64,000 nt of DNA from an uncultured bacterium (GTDB taxonomy: Bacteria > Patescibacteriota > Minisyncoccia > UBA6257 > 2-01-FULL-56-20), in contig CAVYIK010000003.1 in the NCBI GenBank assembly GCA_963768625.1, positions 625-64,624 on the forward strand, in the 5' to 3' direction. Position numbers and translations under genes: made by a program. The notes below the pieces were generated by a model. The model did no database searches. It was given only the letters and a program-made list of their open reading frames with translations, and had not been told where the DNA came from. Each line of letters opens with the position of its first letter. The first letter of the stretch is position 1. This document shows positions 1 through 11,169 of the stretch, piece by piece.

Positions 1-952
1 ACTTTTGACTGTCGCCGAAGCGGTCGCTGCTTCCGAGGACGATGATGAGGGGCATATGCTCCGCCGTCAGCGGAACACGGAAAGAAGATTGCCATCGGCC
101 TGGTCGGTGTGGCCGGTCTTCCCGCCATGAAAGTCCGCCTGACCCGCGAAGTCGTCGATGCTTTTTATCACGATCTTTTTCCCGAGTTTTGCTCGGTGAT
201 GGTAGTACTGCGGCGTCCGCGTGATCTGGAAGATCTGCGGATAATTCGTCATAGATCTTCTGCCGCAAGCTTTGACAAGGTCGTTCGCGGTGGATTGGTC
301 ACCGGCGGAGATGCCGGAAGGATCGTCATAAGTGCGTGTTCGTCATCCCCCACTCCGCCGCGCGCGCATTCATCTCTGCGATGAAGGCATCCCGGCCGTA
401 GAACGTGGCGGCCGCTTCTGCGGCAACATTTGAAGAAGGCAGGAGCATCAGGTGTAGCAGGTCGGACACCGTGTAGGTGCCGCCGACGACGAGCGTGAGT
501 TCCTGCGGGTCTGCCGCGAACATGGTTTCGGTGATGGTGATCTTCGTCTTCGGGTCCAGCTTGTCAGCAACGATCGTCGCAGACATCAACTTTGCAAGGG
601 AGGCCGTAGGCCAGCGTTCATCGGCATTCACCGCTTCATATGCCGTTTTCGTTTTTATGTCTACGACAAGCGATGCGGCATTGTCGAGGAGGGGTGGCGG
701 AGCGACCTGCGCAGGCAAAGAGATGGGAACGTCGTTCGTGCCCGTCGCATCGCCTGCGCCACCCTGGGCGGACACTGCGGTGGGCGGCATGACGAACGTA
801 GGCATGGCGCCGTCGTTCATACCGGGCGTGCTCGGCGTCACGGCGCTTACGTTAGCAAGGTTGGAAGAAGCGGCGGGATATGCCATGCGGGAAAATAAAA
901 CCGCCCCGATCATGGCCGCCAAAAACGCGAATTTTACGAAGTGGTTATCCAT
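1..952 (-). pseudogene. D-alanyl-D-alanine carboxypeptidase (peptidase S11, DacA-like); 3'-partial at window edge and frameshifted
   Basis: ORF 326..952 has an N-terminal membrane anchor, the SxxK context PTASLAKLMSA and ..NARAAEWGMTNTHL. The expected continuation lies in other frames: GGKTGHTDQA in ORF 67..252 and ..IIVLGSSDRF.. in 1..66. Confidence 0.7.
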
Positions 953-954
953 CG

Positions 955-1578
955 CTATTGTTTCTCTTCGGCGGGCGGCGTTTCCACGACCGGCAATGCC
1001 GCAGTGACCGCTCCCGCGGCCTCCGGCGCGTTCTGTGCTTCAAACACTTTAAGAAGCTCCTGGAATTTTTGGTATTCGGGAAGTTCTTCTTTCGCGCCAA
1101 GCCCCAGGTGCTTCATGAGATCGAACGTCGGCCGATAGAGGAACCCGGAGGGATGCTCCGGATCGGGAAGCCGCTCGACGAGACCGCGTATCATCAAGCT
1201 GCGGAGGATCACGATCGAGTTCACCCCGCGGAGATATTCCAATTTCGCCCGCGAAATGGGGCCGAGGTAGGCTACGATGGAAAGCGCTTCAAGCGATGCC
1301 GGCGAGAGGTCTTCCGTAAGTTCGTCCTTCACGAAATCCTCCAGGATTTTGTTGAACTCGGGCTTTGTCGCGAGTTGGATCTTTTCCTTGTCGGAAACGA
1401 GCTGCAATCCCCGTCCCGTTTCTTCGAGGTGCTTTTTTAGTTCCGCGGCAAGCGGTTCGGCCTCCCCCTTCCCGAGTCCCAGGACGGAGGTTATCTTCTT
1501 ATACGTAAGCGGCTCCCCGTGAATGAAGAGGAGTGCTTCAAGGGACGCCAGTTTCTTATCGGACGGATTGGTGCTCAT
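955..1578 (-). CDS. scpB: segregation and condensation protein B
   Basis: 207-aa ORF with LEALLFIHGEPLTYKKI and LSIVAYLGPISRAKLEYLRGVNS, typical of ScpB. It lies directly downstream of scpA. Confidence 0.85.
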   Translation of the reverse strand: MSTNPSDKKLASLEALLFIHGEPLTYKKITSVLGLGKGEAEPLAAELKKHLEETGRGLQLVSDKEKIQLATKPEFNKILEDFVKDELTEDLSPASLEALSIVAYLGPISRAKLEYLRGVNSIVILRSLMIRGLVERLPDPEHPSGFLYRPTFDLMKHLGLGAKEELPEYQKFQELLKVFEAQNAPEAAGAVTAALPVVETPPAEEKQ

Positions 1579-2327
1579 TTTTCTTGACCATTATATCAGA
1601 AAAGTTCTCCATTTGCTCAAGGAGGATGAGCTGTTCGCGGGCGAGGTGGAGGATCGCAAGAAAGATGACGATCGCTTCTCCGCGGCGACTTTTCGCTTGA
1701 GAGCCGCTTGAATTGCAGATTCCCCTCGCTTTTGATGCGGCCGAGGACCTCGGTGATCTTTTCCTCGAGCGTGATGATCTTTTCTTTGATCGTTTCCGTC
1801 TCAAACGCATATGTTTTCACGACGTCGAAGATGCGCGCAAGCGACGATTGAAGTCCCGCGATGTCGAGATCGTTTCCCGGATAGAACACGCTTTGCCCTG
1901 CCGCGAGCCCCGTTCCCTTGCCGAGGAAATACGGCCGGCTGTAGGATCTGTGGCTTTCGCGCCAGAGCATCTGGATATGCTTGAGGGCAGGCTTAATCGC
2001 TTGATACCGCCTAAGCCGTTCTTCGAGTTCCTTAATGTCCCCTTCCTCCTCTTCGGTGAGAGAAAGCCCCGGCAGGAGCTGTTTTGATTTCAGGAAAATG
2101 AGCTTGCTCGCCACCGCAATGAAGTCGGCGAGGACACGGAGGTCGACAAGGAACTTTTTTTCCGCTTCTTCTCCGCCGCCCTGCCGTAACTTTTCAAGAT
2201 ATTTCAGAAAGCCATCAGTGACCTTCGCCAAGCTCACGTCATTCACGTCCAGCTTCTCCGCTTCAATAAGCTCGAGCAGTTTTTCGAGCGGACCGCTAAA
2301 TTGTTCCGTTTTGATCTCGTAGGGCAT
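1556..2327 (-). CDS. scpA: segregation and condensation protein A (one frameshift)
   Basis: Starts MPYEIKTEQFSGPLEKLLELIEAEKLDVNDVSLAKVTD at 2327. The C-terminal ..EAIVIFLAILHLAREQLILLEQ.. is in ORF 1556..1810, so the frame changes around 1700-1810. Confidence 0.8.
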
Positions 2328-2328
2328 G

Positions 2329-3714
2329 TTATTCCGCTTCAAGCTCGGCCGCGGTGTAGTTGTTCGCCGCATCCCAGAGCAGCCAGCCCCCGTAATATTG
2401 GCTCGAGCTTGCGGTATCGAGCGTGTCATAGACCGCATGTTTTTCAAGTGCGATCATCGGCGGCGTGTACGGAACCCCGTAGAGGTCGAAATCCTGGAGC
2501 CACGGACGGAGCTTCGTCGGCGGTACATAGCCAAGATTGAAGGGCGAGCGAGAAACGGGCAAAGAGCTGCTCGCGATCGCGGAGGTGGAGCTCGTCGTTC
2601 CGGTCGCGGTTGCGACGGTCGTATTGCTGTTTCCCATCGCAAGGAGCTTCGTAAGCCCGTGCGACAGGGAATAATCGATCACCTGGTAGGGATAGCTCGC
2701 CGGGCTCTTGTACCCCAAAAATCCGGTGGCGTAGTGAGACGGATAGACCATCGGCGAGACGTAATCAAAATATTCATATGCGTCCTGGATAACTTGGCCG
2801 ATGCCGAGATCATCGCTGTTCACCGTGGAAAGACCAAAGAGGTCGGCGGAAATTTTTTCGTTCGGGAACGATTGGCGCAGGAACTTGAAATAGTTCGCGA
2901 TGACGGCCGCGCGAGGCGTTTTCATGTCCCAATAGGGGTAGCTGATATTGCCGAGAGCGCCGTCGGAGGCGAACCGGATGTAGTCGAACTGCACTTCGTC
3001 GAATCCGCGGCCGAACGCGTCCTTCGCGATGGAGGCGAGATAGTCCCAAACGGGCGTCGCCGCAGGGTCCATCCACGCGAGCTTGTTATTGTCGGTCCAG
3101 ACGCCACCCGTCGTTTTATTGTGCAACGCCCATTCGGGGTGCGCCTTCGCCAAGATCGGGTCCTGAAAATCGGTGATGCGGCCGATCACGTAGATGCCGT
3201 TGTCGTGCAATTCTTTGATGAGCGCGTTCGGCCGCGCGATACGGATCTGGTCCTCCGCGCCGGACGCCTTTACCTCCGGTACGTCCATCGCGTAAGAAAC
3301 ATAGCCGGAATAATCCTTAAGATCGACGACGACCGTATTCAGCCCCGTGCTTTTTATGAGATTGATGATCTGTGTCATCCTTCCCGGGGAACCCGCGACC
3401 CAAGCAGTGAGGTATATCCCCTTCATGACGGTCGGCGGGCTTGCGAGCGGTTGCTGAGGTCCGATATCGTTCGCGCCCTGCAGGGATCCCGAAATGAAAT
3501 CGGACGAGGATGGCTGCGGAGCTTCCGGTTCGTTAAGGAGCGCGGTGGTGGAGGCCGGAGGCAGCGCCGCTGTTGTAGGACTTGCGCTCGTAGAACTTGC
3601 GCCCGGTCCGCTTGCGCCTACGGGACCTACGGCGACGTTCTCCGGAAGCGAGAATAAAAAAACGCCGGCGCCAAGCACGAGCAGGATAACGACGATACCC
3701 AAGGCAAGCTTCAT
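2329..3714 (-). CDS. membrane-anchored putative glycoside-hydrolase-like TIM-barrel protein (COG1306/GHL-type), family-level call
   Basis: 461-aa intact ORF with an N-terminal TM (MKLALGIVVILLVLGAGVFLF) and an S/T/P-rich linker. This is followed by MKGIYLTAWVAGSPGRMTQIINLIKSTGLNTVVVDLKD.., which I associate with putative glycosyl hydrolase-like proteins. Confidence 0.5.
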   Translation of the reverse strand: MKLALGIVVILLVLGAGVFLFSLPENVAVGPVGASGPGASSTSASPTTAALPPASTTALLNEPEAPQPSSSDFISGSLQGANDIGPQQPLASPPTVMKGIYLTAWVAGSPGRMTQIINLIKSTGLNTVVVDLKDYSGYVSYAMDVPEVKASGAEDQIRIARPNALIKELHDNGIYVIGRITDFQDPILAKAHPEWALHNKTTGGVWTDNNKLAWMDPAATPVWDYLASIAKDAFGRGFDEVQFDYIRFASDGALGNISYPYWDMKTPRAAVIANYFKFLRQSFPNEKISADLFGLSTVNSDDLGIGQVIQDAYEYFDYVSPMVYPSHYATGFLGYKSPASYPYQVIDYSLSHGLTKLLAMGNSNTTVATATGTTSSTSAIASSSLPVSRSPFNLGYVPPTKLRPWLQDFDLYGVPYTPPMIALEKHAVYDTLDTASSSQYYGGWLLWDAANNYTAAELEAE

Positions 3715-3761
3715 ATCCCTTTATAATATGGGAAAAAATTGCCGAAAGCAACGATATTACC

Positions 3762-3767
3762 TATAAT
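3762..3767 (+). promoter_or_regulatory. -10 box TATAAT 7 nt upstream of dnaX ATG (leaderless-type arrangement)
   Basis: TATAAT at 3762-3767, then ttctgta, then ATG at 3775. No SD motif. Confidence 0.4.
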
Positions 3768-3774
3768 TTCTGTA

Positions 3775-4881
3775 ATGGCACAAGCGTTCTATCGGAAGTA
3801 CCGGCCGAAGAAATTGGAGGATGTTTTGGGGCAAGAGACGAACGTGGAGATATTAAAGAATGCCGCAAAATCGGGGCGGTTGGGGCAGGCATACATTTTC
3901 CATGGCCCCCGCGGTACCGGGAAAACCACGACCGCACGGCTCTTGGCAAAGCTCCTCAACTGCGAAAAGCGGCGCGATGACCCCGAATTTGCGAAGCTCG
4001 GCGAGCCATGCAATGAATGCCGTGAGTGCCGCGAGATCGATGCGCAAAATTCGTTCGACGTGATCGAGATCGATGCCGCCTCAAATCGCGGCATTGAAGA
4101 GATCCGGAACCTCCGGGAGAGCATCCGGACTTCCCCTTCTTCAGCCGACCACAAGGTCTACATCATCGACGAAGCGCACATGTTGACCGGCCCCGCTTTC
4201 AATGCGCTCTTGAAGACCCTTGAAGAGCCGCCGCGCCATGCCGTGATCGTCCTTGCAACAACAGAGTATGAGAAACTGCCGCCTACGATCACCTCGCGCG
4301 CCCAGCGGTTCACATTCAAGAAACTTTCAAAGACCACGATCATGGGCAAGCTCGCTTCGATCGCAAAGGCGGAGAAGATAAAAATAGACGAACCGGCGCT
4401 TGAGCTCATCGCCGCCGCTGCGGAAGGGAGCTTTCGCGACGCGGAATCGCTTCTTGACCAGATGGCATCGCTCGCGACGACGAAGATCGACCTTGCGACC
4501 GCGGAGCGCGTGACCGGCCGCACCGGCCTCAAAAAGATCCATGAACTCACCGCCCTCATCCTCGCAAAGGACTTGAAGGGCGCGCTTGAGTACGTGTCGC
4601 TCCTCAACGACGAGGGATACAATCTTGTACAGCTTGCAAGGGACCTCATCCACCACCTCCGCAAAGTTCTTTCGCTCAAGGTGAACCCGTCGCTTGAAAA
4701 GATATTTGAGAAAGAACTTACGCGGGACGAGATTGCGGCGGTGAGAACGCTTTCCGCTGCGGCCGATGCGGCGTTCCTCGTGCGATTCCTCCGTTCGCTC
4801 ATCCGCGCATACTCCGAAATGCGCTATTCGCCGTTCGCCATCGTGCCGCTCGAGGTCGTCCTCGTCGAGAATCTCTCCTGA
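3775..4881 (+). CDS. dnaX: DNA polymerase III subunit gamma/tau (short form)
   Basis: FYRKYRPKKLEDVLGQE, Walker A GPRGTGKTTTARLLAK, zinc module CNECRECREI, IIDEAHML, SRAQRF. The ORF track starts at 3739; MAQAFYRKYRP at 3775 fits better. Confidence 0.9.
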   Translation: MAQAFYRKYRPKKLEDVLGQETNVEILKNAAKSGRLGQAYIFHGPRGTGKTTTARLLAKLLNCEKRRDDPEFAKLGEPCNECRECREIDAQNSFDVIEIDAASNRGIEEIRNLRESIRTSPSSADHKVYIIDEAHMLTGPAFNALLKTLEEPPRHAVIVLATTEYEKLPPTITSRAQRFTFKKLSKTTIMGKLASIAKAEKIKIDEPALELIAAAAEGSFRDAESLLDQMASLATTKIDLATAERVTGRTGLKKIHELTALILAKDLKGALEYVSLLNDEGYNLVQLARDLIHHLRKVLSLKVNPSLEKIFEKELTRDEIAAVRTLSAAADAAFLVRFLRSLIRAYSEMRYSPFAIVPLEVVLVENLS

Positions 4882-4885
4882 CCGC

Positions 4886-5857
4886 ATGAGTAAAAGGTTT
4901 ATCTTCGTCGTGCTCGGGATATTCGTCCTTACGGGAGTTGCGTTTTTCTATACCCTTTATCAGGGAAGTATATTGCCCACGCCCACAATGCTCCCGGGCG
5001 GCGCGGGCGCGCCTTCCGCGGCTCCCGTGGCGCCCGCGCCGCCGAGCGTGACCCTTACCATAGTGAAATCTCCCAAGGGCAACACCCTTGTTGTCCAATG
5101 GGCCAATCTTCCGGAGGACACCGTAGCGCTCGACATTTTCCGCAGCACAAAAGGAAAGAATAACTGGTCGCTTTGGAAAAGCATCACGCTTTCCGGAAAC
5201 CAGTTTTCGGGTGGGAACGCGCAATTTGATATCGGCAACGCCACTTTTTCCAATTATTCTTTTTATGTTGAAGCGACTGGCAATGGCGGTAACGGCGGGA
5301 ATGGCGGGCAAAATGCGATAAATCCCCTCGGGCAGAACATCCTCTGGATCTCTTCTTCCACGGAACCGACGGTCACGACCTCCACGCTCCCGAGTGAGCC
5401 GGAAAATAACGGGCCGCAGCCTTCCTCTACAATACCGAGCGAGAACACGCCGACCTCCTCTCCGCCATCGCAAACTCCTCCTTCGGACAATACCTCTTCT
5501 ACGCCGCCCCCGCCGCCTTCAGGAACTCCTTATTACAATCCCCAAATCCAGATCTCCGGCTATGGCGCGGGCCAGGCGGGAAGTTTCTGGGTCCAGCACA
5601 TAGACCAAAAAATAGAGATCGGATGGCAGAACCTGCCGCCGCAGACCACGAGCATCGTGGTGCTTCGCGGAGCGAACGACGATGGCCCATGGCTTGAAGT
5701 GCTTAACCAAGAGAACCCCGGCCCGAGCGGTTCCTATTCCATCCAGATCGTGGATAACACGCTTAACCATCCGTATTACTACGAGATGCAGGCGCTCGCG
5801 GGCTCATCGGTGATCGCTACTTATGGTCCCGCCTATCTTCCCCCCGTTGGGCAATGA
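4886..5857 (+). CDS. hypothetical membrane-anchored secreted protein with two related beta-sandwich-like domains and an S/T/P linker
   Basis: MSKRFIFVVLGIFVLTGVAFF anchor. Repeated pattern ..VVQWANLPEDTVALDIFRS..YSFYVEA and ..IEIGWQNLPPQTTSIVVLRG..YYYEMQA, plus a GNGGNGGNGG run. Confidence 0.6.
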   Translation: MSKRFIFVVLGIFVLTGVAFFYTLYQGSILPTPTMLPGGAGAPSAAPVAPAPPSVTLTIVKSPKGNTLVVQWANLPEDTVALDIFRSTKGKNNWSLWKSITLSGNQFSGGNAQFDIGNATFSNYSFYVEATGNGGNGGNGGQNAINPLGQNILWISSSTEPTVTTSTLPSEPENNGPQPSSTIPSENTPTSSPPSQTPPSDNTSSTPPPPPSGTPYYNPQIQISGYGAGQAGSFWVQHIDQKIEIGWQNLPPQTTSIVVLRGANDDGPWLEVLNQENPGPSGSYSIQIVDNTLNHPYYYEMQALAGSSVIATYGPAYLPPVGQ

Positions 5858-5866
5858 TCCTCCGGA

Positions 5867-6331
5867 TCACCAGCCGGTCGTAGAGACCGATTTCCCCAGT
5901 TCCGAGTAAGGCGCGACAAGCTTGATCAATGTTCCCGAGGCGTTGATCGAAATGGTATACCCCGTATCGTAATCGGTGAGGGAGGTGAAATGAGCGCTTG
6001 ATGCCGACGGGTCATAGGGCAGGAAGGAAAGGCCGTAGGTGGGCACAAGGCACGACGCGATATTGTAGCTGCCCGAGGCACTCCCCATGCGCGTTGAAGA
6101 AACGGGCACCGGCCCCGCAGAACAGGAAAATTGGCGGTTCGACTGGTCGGCTACGTTCTGCTCAATGGCGCCCATGATGGTCTGCAGCTGCAGGAACCGC
6201 TCGCTGTTCCTTGCGGCGGCGAGCTGCCCCGCGGGGTTTGCCACTAAAAAATAAACGGAGATGAGGACCGCCATAAGCACCATGGAAATCATGAGTTCGA
6301 TAAGCGTGAATCCTTTACGCATCTTTTTCAT
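5867..6331 (-). CDS. type IV pilin-like protein (prepilin-type N-terminal cleavage/methylation domain)
   Basis: MKKMRKGFTLIELMISMVLMAVL class-III signal peptide. AGGAG lies 6 nt upstream of the ATG. Confidence 0.8.
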   Translation of the reverse strand: MKKMRKGFTLIELMISMVLMAVLISVYFLVANPAGQLAAARNSERFLQLQTIMGAIEQNVADQSNRQFSCSAGPVPVSSTRMGSASGSYNIASCLVPTYGLSFLPYDPSASSAHFTSLTDYDTGYTISINASGTLIKLVAPYSELGKSVSTTGW

Positions 6332-7742
6332 TGTAACTCCTGCCAGGAGATGAGCGAATATTGATTGGTGGTGAGGGGGAAACTGGGAGGCGGCCCGTAG
6401 AGAAGATTGGCATCGTAGATAAGGTTCCTTGTCTGTAGCCAGTCCCGTCGGTGTAGGCGAAGCCGTACCGCTGGTTCGTCGCGATCATGCCGTACGCAGT
6501 AAGAGCATTGCGGACATTGTACGGCGAACAGTGGCTTCCGTAATAGAACCTTCCTGCGCGGCCGTTTTGCGGCGACGAGCGCTGCGTCGATCGTAAGGTT
6601 GTTGTCGCTCACGAGGCCGACGTTTACATTGTTCTGGGTGACGAGCGCGAGCGTATCGGAACCGTTGAAGTTCGTATAGGTCAAGCTGTTATTGACCGTG
6701 ATGTTCGCATACGTGGAGGAGCTCACGGGGAACCTGCCCGAAGCGATCGTCGCCCGTACTCCGTTCACATTGCCCGCGCACCCAAAGATTGTCCTCAAAG
6801 AACATGTCGCCGTTCTGCGGGATGGTGCCTGTCGCAAAGAGCGTTTCCGTCCCGATGCTCCAAGTCCCCCATCCTGCCTGGTTATTGCTGTTTGTGCATT
6901 GGCTCGGCGCGGCCGTGAGCGCGGTTACCTTGTAGACCGAGAAGGATGTCGTTGCGAGGGCAAGATCATAGCCGAAAACCGTGCTCGACGGATAATACGT
7001 GCCGCTCGCGAGCGCCTGGCTCTTCATTGTGGCAAGGTCCTGCGTGAGCCCCGTAAAGTCGACTGCGGGGACGCCGAGCGACCGGCCCGCCATGAAAACG
7101 TCGGGGCGCGAGGGCAATGGCAGTCGGCGGCTGCGGGTCCCCTGGCGTCTCCTGCGTATAGACCGCCCACTCATTCTGGCTGTTGTCGGGGTCGGTATAG
7201 GTCGTGAGCGCGCTTGAGATCAGGTTGTGCGTCAAACCATCAAAATGAATGCCTCCATTCGAGACGATCTGCCCAAACACTACCGTGCCGGTCCCGAAGC
7301 GCATATTGTCGTTTGCCGCAACCGCGTATTCTGCGAATGACGGAATTCCCATCTTCACCTGGACCACTTTTTGGACGCTCGCATCGGCAAGAACATTGCC
7401 GGTGCTTTTCACGGTGACAATGGTCGAGCCGGGCGGAGGCGCCGTGATTGCGAGCGTGAATTGGCCGATCTGGTTGCCGTCTTTGTCGTAATATGGATGT
7501 AGGTATGGCCCGGTGTGGCCCGTGCCGTCTGTAAAGTCCTGTGGTGCGTGCGCGAGGTGCCATCGGTAATACTCGATGCCGGCCTCAGCGATGGCGAAGG
7601 CCTGCAGTTTGTTCTGGCTCCGCACGGAGATCTGCAGGAGCGAGGCGGCGAGCGAGACGAACCCGGTGATCAGCGCCACAATGACGGCCGAAAGGAAGAG
7701 AAGTTCGACCGCGATCTGCCCTCTTTTCAAAAAGGTCCTCAT
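6328..7742 (-). pseudogene. large pseudopilin-like protein, split into three frames
   Basis: N-terminus MRTFLKRGQIAVELLFLSAVIVALITG (pilin-like hydrophobic helix with E). Reading continues through ORFs 6966..7742, 6689..7174 and 6328..6837. Confidence 0.55.
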
Positions 7743-8341
7743 GTCAGTTGCTGCGCAAGTTCCTTATGTCGACCAGCATCCCGAAATATTGTTGTTCCGA
7801 CTGATTTGCCGGTGCCGGCGGCCGCGGAGAAAGATATCCCGATAAGCCGGATGCTCTGGACCGCGGCCGTCGAGGTCATGGCCGGCTGCGTGCCGGTATA
7901 CGAAGAATCGTAATAGCTGAAAAGAGGCGTGGAGGTGGGCACCGTCACGTTGTTTACCATGGCCGTAACGACCTCGGTCGAGGTCGGATAGGTCGCGGGC
8001 GTCCCCGTGGGTTGGATGACGCCGCGATAGATGGTCGATGAGCTCAAAAAATATCGCACATGCTCGGCTATTCCGTCAGCATCAGGGTCGCTATAGAACG
8101 CGAACGAGCTTGTCGCTGCGGCGTCGACGGCGTAGCTGCCGTTCGCCGACGGCTCGGCGGACTGGATATCTTTCGTCATGATCTGCAGGGTCTGGTTGAC
8201 GTTGGATTTCGCCTGCAGCTCCTGGCTCACCAGGTTGTTCAAGACGGTCACGTTGCCGCTCAAATTGCTCACCACGAGCACGATGGAAGTTGCGATCGCA
8301 ACGACGATAAGTATTTCGATAAGCGAGAATCCTTTTCTCAT
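7739..8341 (-). CDS. type IV pilin-like protein (prepilin-type N-terminal domain)
   Basis: MRKGFSLIEILIVVAIATSIVL at the internal Met of ORF 7739..8488; ATG at 8341. Confidence 0.75.
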   Translation of the reverse strand: MRKGFSLIEILIVVAIATSIVLVVSNLSGNVTVLNNLVSQELQAKSNVNQTLQIMTKDIQSAEPSANGSYAVDAAATSSFAFYSDPDADGIAEHVRYFLSSSTIYRGVIQPTGTPATYPTSTEVVTAMVNNVTVPTSTPLFSYYDSSYTGTQPAMTSTAAVQSIRLIGISFSAAAGTGKSVGTTIFRDAGRHKELAQQLT

Positions 8342-10070
8342 AGATGGGTAAGTGAAATGGTCGTTGGGGTCTCTCCCGCGCCTACGGAGACCGTGCCCGA
8401 CGCTTCTGCGTAATTCGCCGCCGTCGCGTCTACGGCGTAACTCCCCTGGGAAAGGTTCGTGAAAAGCGCCTGTGCGGGCGGGACGCAATCGGCGGCAAAT
8501 TCGAAGGTGGCATCGTCAAGTTCCGGTGTCGCATTCGGGTCGGTGGTGTTCAGGAAAACTTTATAGCGGAAATAGCGGTTCCCTGCGAGCGAGGCGGGCA
8601 GCGGCCCGGAAGAGGTCACGTTAACAAAGTTCCATGTGGCGTTGTCGTTGTTTGCCGCGATCGCAAATTGCAAGCTAGTATTCTGCGGCTGCGTCGTAGG
8701 GTCTCAGGAGATCGAATAGAAGGTCGAGTTTGAACCGCCGAGATCGAATGTGTTTGAAATGAGCCAGTCGTTCGTCCCCGTGTTGTAGGTCCCAGACGCG
8801 TTCAAAAGCAGCGTGATCTTGCCTGCGGCGCTTGTGTCCACTCCCCCGCTCTGCGCCGCATATTGCCCGCCCGACCAATCGCTTTGCGTCACGAACGCAT
8901 GCCCGGTCGTGAGCGTCTCTCCGAAGGCGCCCTTCGTGAGGGTGACCGTGGCATTCGGGATGCCGACGCCGGTCGCGGCATCAACGGCAGTCACGAGGAC
9001 CGACGGATCAGCCGCCGGCTGCACCACAAAACGGAAGCTTGCAGTCGAGCTCGGGTTTATATCTATCGGGTCCAAAGGGATCGTCCCTGCAAGGTCCTTC
9101 GCGGAGTCGTTCAGGGCAAGGCCGTAGGAATCCCATTCAACATTACTGGAACGAAGAGGATCCCGTGAGGTCCGTTACGGAGGTCGTTGAGAATTTGAGC
9201 ACGACTGGGTTCGTGCCGATCTCTTTTGAACCGGCCATGGAGAATGGCTCATTTCCTACGGGCACACAACGATCGTCCGAAGTATGTACGGAGAGGGAGC
9301 TCAACTGGTCAATGGAGAACGTGAGAGCGGTGACCGTCTGGGCGGCGACCGTGGCGTTCGGCTTTGACGGGTTCGGGTTCGACGGGGCGCCGGGCGGATA
9401 GGTCTGGTCGGTGAATAGCCGGGTTTCGTCACGGAGATCTCATAGCCCTGCGTGCTCGTCGGCACTCCCACAAGCTCAAGGACGCCACTCGCGTTCGTCG
9501 TGTCAGTAAGGTTGATGGAAGGCGTGACCGAGGCGTCCATGACCTGGACGATCGCATCCGGAACCGGATCGCCGTTCGCGTCAAGCGCGTAAATGAAAAG
9601 CGAACCGTTCTGCGTATCGCTTTCAAGATTTTTTGGCGCCACGGTCGTCGTGATGTTCACGCCGTTGAAATTGGCAAAGCGGACAGACCGCCTCAATCTG
9701 CACCAGTTTGTAATCCGCGGGTGCCGTGTCCACCGGCGGGGGTTCGCCGCTCAATGTGCCGTCAAAAGGATCATCAATGTTCCGCACCGTGGTCTGCAGC
9801 GTGAAAGGATAGTTGCCCGAAAGAAACGCTTTGCGATTGCGGGATGACGCCCGCGGGGACGCCGCCCACCGTCCCCACGCTCGCATAGGGCAGATTGCGG
9901 ATCGTCTCGATCTCCGCTTGGAGCGCCGAGGACGCCGCGGTCCGCACGCTGATATTCCCGATGGCCGTGATCAACGAAAAATAAACGAGGTAGATGCCCC
10001 CAAAGAGCACGGCGATGATCGCCATGCTTATGATAAGGTCTATGAGACTTGTGCCCGCGCTCGTTCTCAT
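8338..10070 (-). pseudogene. large pseudopilin-like protein with carboxypeptidase-regulatory-like beta-sandwich repeats, fragmented into at least 4 frames
   Basis: N-terminus MRTSAGTSLIDLIISMAIIAVLFGG (9774..10070). Downstream fragments are 9301..9696 (..PDAIVQVMDASV..NASGVLELVGVPTSTQGYEISVTKPGYS), 8704..9075 (..GIPNATVTLTKGAFGETLTTG..) and 8338..8673. Confidence 0.55.
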
Positions 10071-11166
10071 TGGATGCCCTGCGAGATCGAATAGATCGGC
10101 GTGATGATGGAAAGCGCGACGAAGCCGACGAGGAGTCCCATGACGAGCAGCATGAGGGGTTCAATGAGCGAGGTGAGCGAATGGAGCTTCATGTCCACTT
10201 CTTCGTCGTAATACTCGGCAAGATATTCCAAGTTCTCTTCCAGGTTCCCGGTGCTCTCGCCGATCTGGACCATTCCGGAAACAAGCGGCGGGAAAAGGTG
10301 CTTCTTGGTCGCAAGATAGACGCCGAGTTGCCCGCCTCTTCCGTATCTCGTCCGCGCGCCTTCACGAGGACGCGTTGATAGGCCAGGTTGCTGAAGGTGT
10401 TCCTCGTGATATCGAGCGACTCCACGATCTTCACGCCGCTTTTCAGGAGCAAGGCCCAAGCACGCGGGTGAAGTTCACCATGTTCACGCTCACCGTAAGG
10501 TCGGAAACGACCGGGATGTAAGATCAGGAGATCGTCAAAGAAATAGCGCATCGAACGTCACTTTTTTGAAGATAAGCCGTACGAGGATGATGAGCACGAT
10601 GAGCCCGCCGAGCACATACAGGCCGTAGTCCTTGCAAGAAAGTTGAGCACGGCGAGCAGGATGCTGCGTCGTGACGGCAAGTTCACATTCAAGCTCGCGA
10701 AGACCGGAATGAGCTTCGGGAAGACATAAAACGTGAGGAAACCCGCGACGCCGAGCGTCGCGATCAGGATCACGAGCGGATAGATCATCGCCGACCGCAC
10801 CTTCGATCTGGAGCTGCCTTCTGCCGCCCGAGCTCGTCCGCAAGATAGAGCAGGTTTTTGGCGAGCGTTCCCGACGACTCCCCCACCCGCACGATGTTGA
10901 TGAAAAAAGGCCCGAAAAGATGCTCATACTTCTGCAGCCCGTCGGCAAGGAACTTTCCGCTGTTCACGTCCTCCATCAGGCTTTCCACGACCCGCTTCAT
11001 GACCGGCGAATCGGTCTGCATCCTGGATGATCTTCAATCCTTCAAAGACCGGCAAGCCCGCTTTTACGACGAGCGAAAGATGCCGCGCAAAATTGATCCG
11101 GTCCTGGACGGAGATCCGGTCAAAGAGCTTTGAGAATATGCCCGGGAGTTGGATTTCTTGCGTCAT
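10067..11166 (-). pseudogene. pilC: type IV pilus assembly / type II secretion platform protein (PilC/GspF family), about 4 frameshifts
   Basis: Fragments 10924..11166 (INFARHLSLVVKAGLPVFEGL), 10785..11021 (VRVGESSGTLAKNLLYLA), 10558..10800 (MIYPLVILIATLGVAGFL), 10189..10551 and 10067..10459 (MVQIGESTGNLEENLEYLAEYY..PLMLLVMGLLVGF). Confidence 0.85.
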
Positions 11167-11169
11167 GCG

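Noticed and set aside
2326-3657. 443-aa ORF on the plus strand
   Set aside because: It is antisense to the well-supported 461-aa glycoside-hydrolase-like gene. It is Arg/Gly-rich low-complexity sequence typical of shadow ORFs in GC-rich DNA, with no motif.
4879-5857. UGA recoding (as in Gracilibacteria/SR1), prompted by the odd release factor
   Set aside because: TGA terminates well-delimited genes (dnaX at 4879-4881 and ORF 4886..5857 at 5855-5857). No in-frame TGA is needed to restore any recognised protein.
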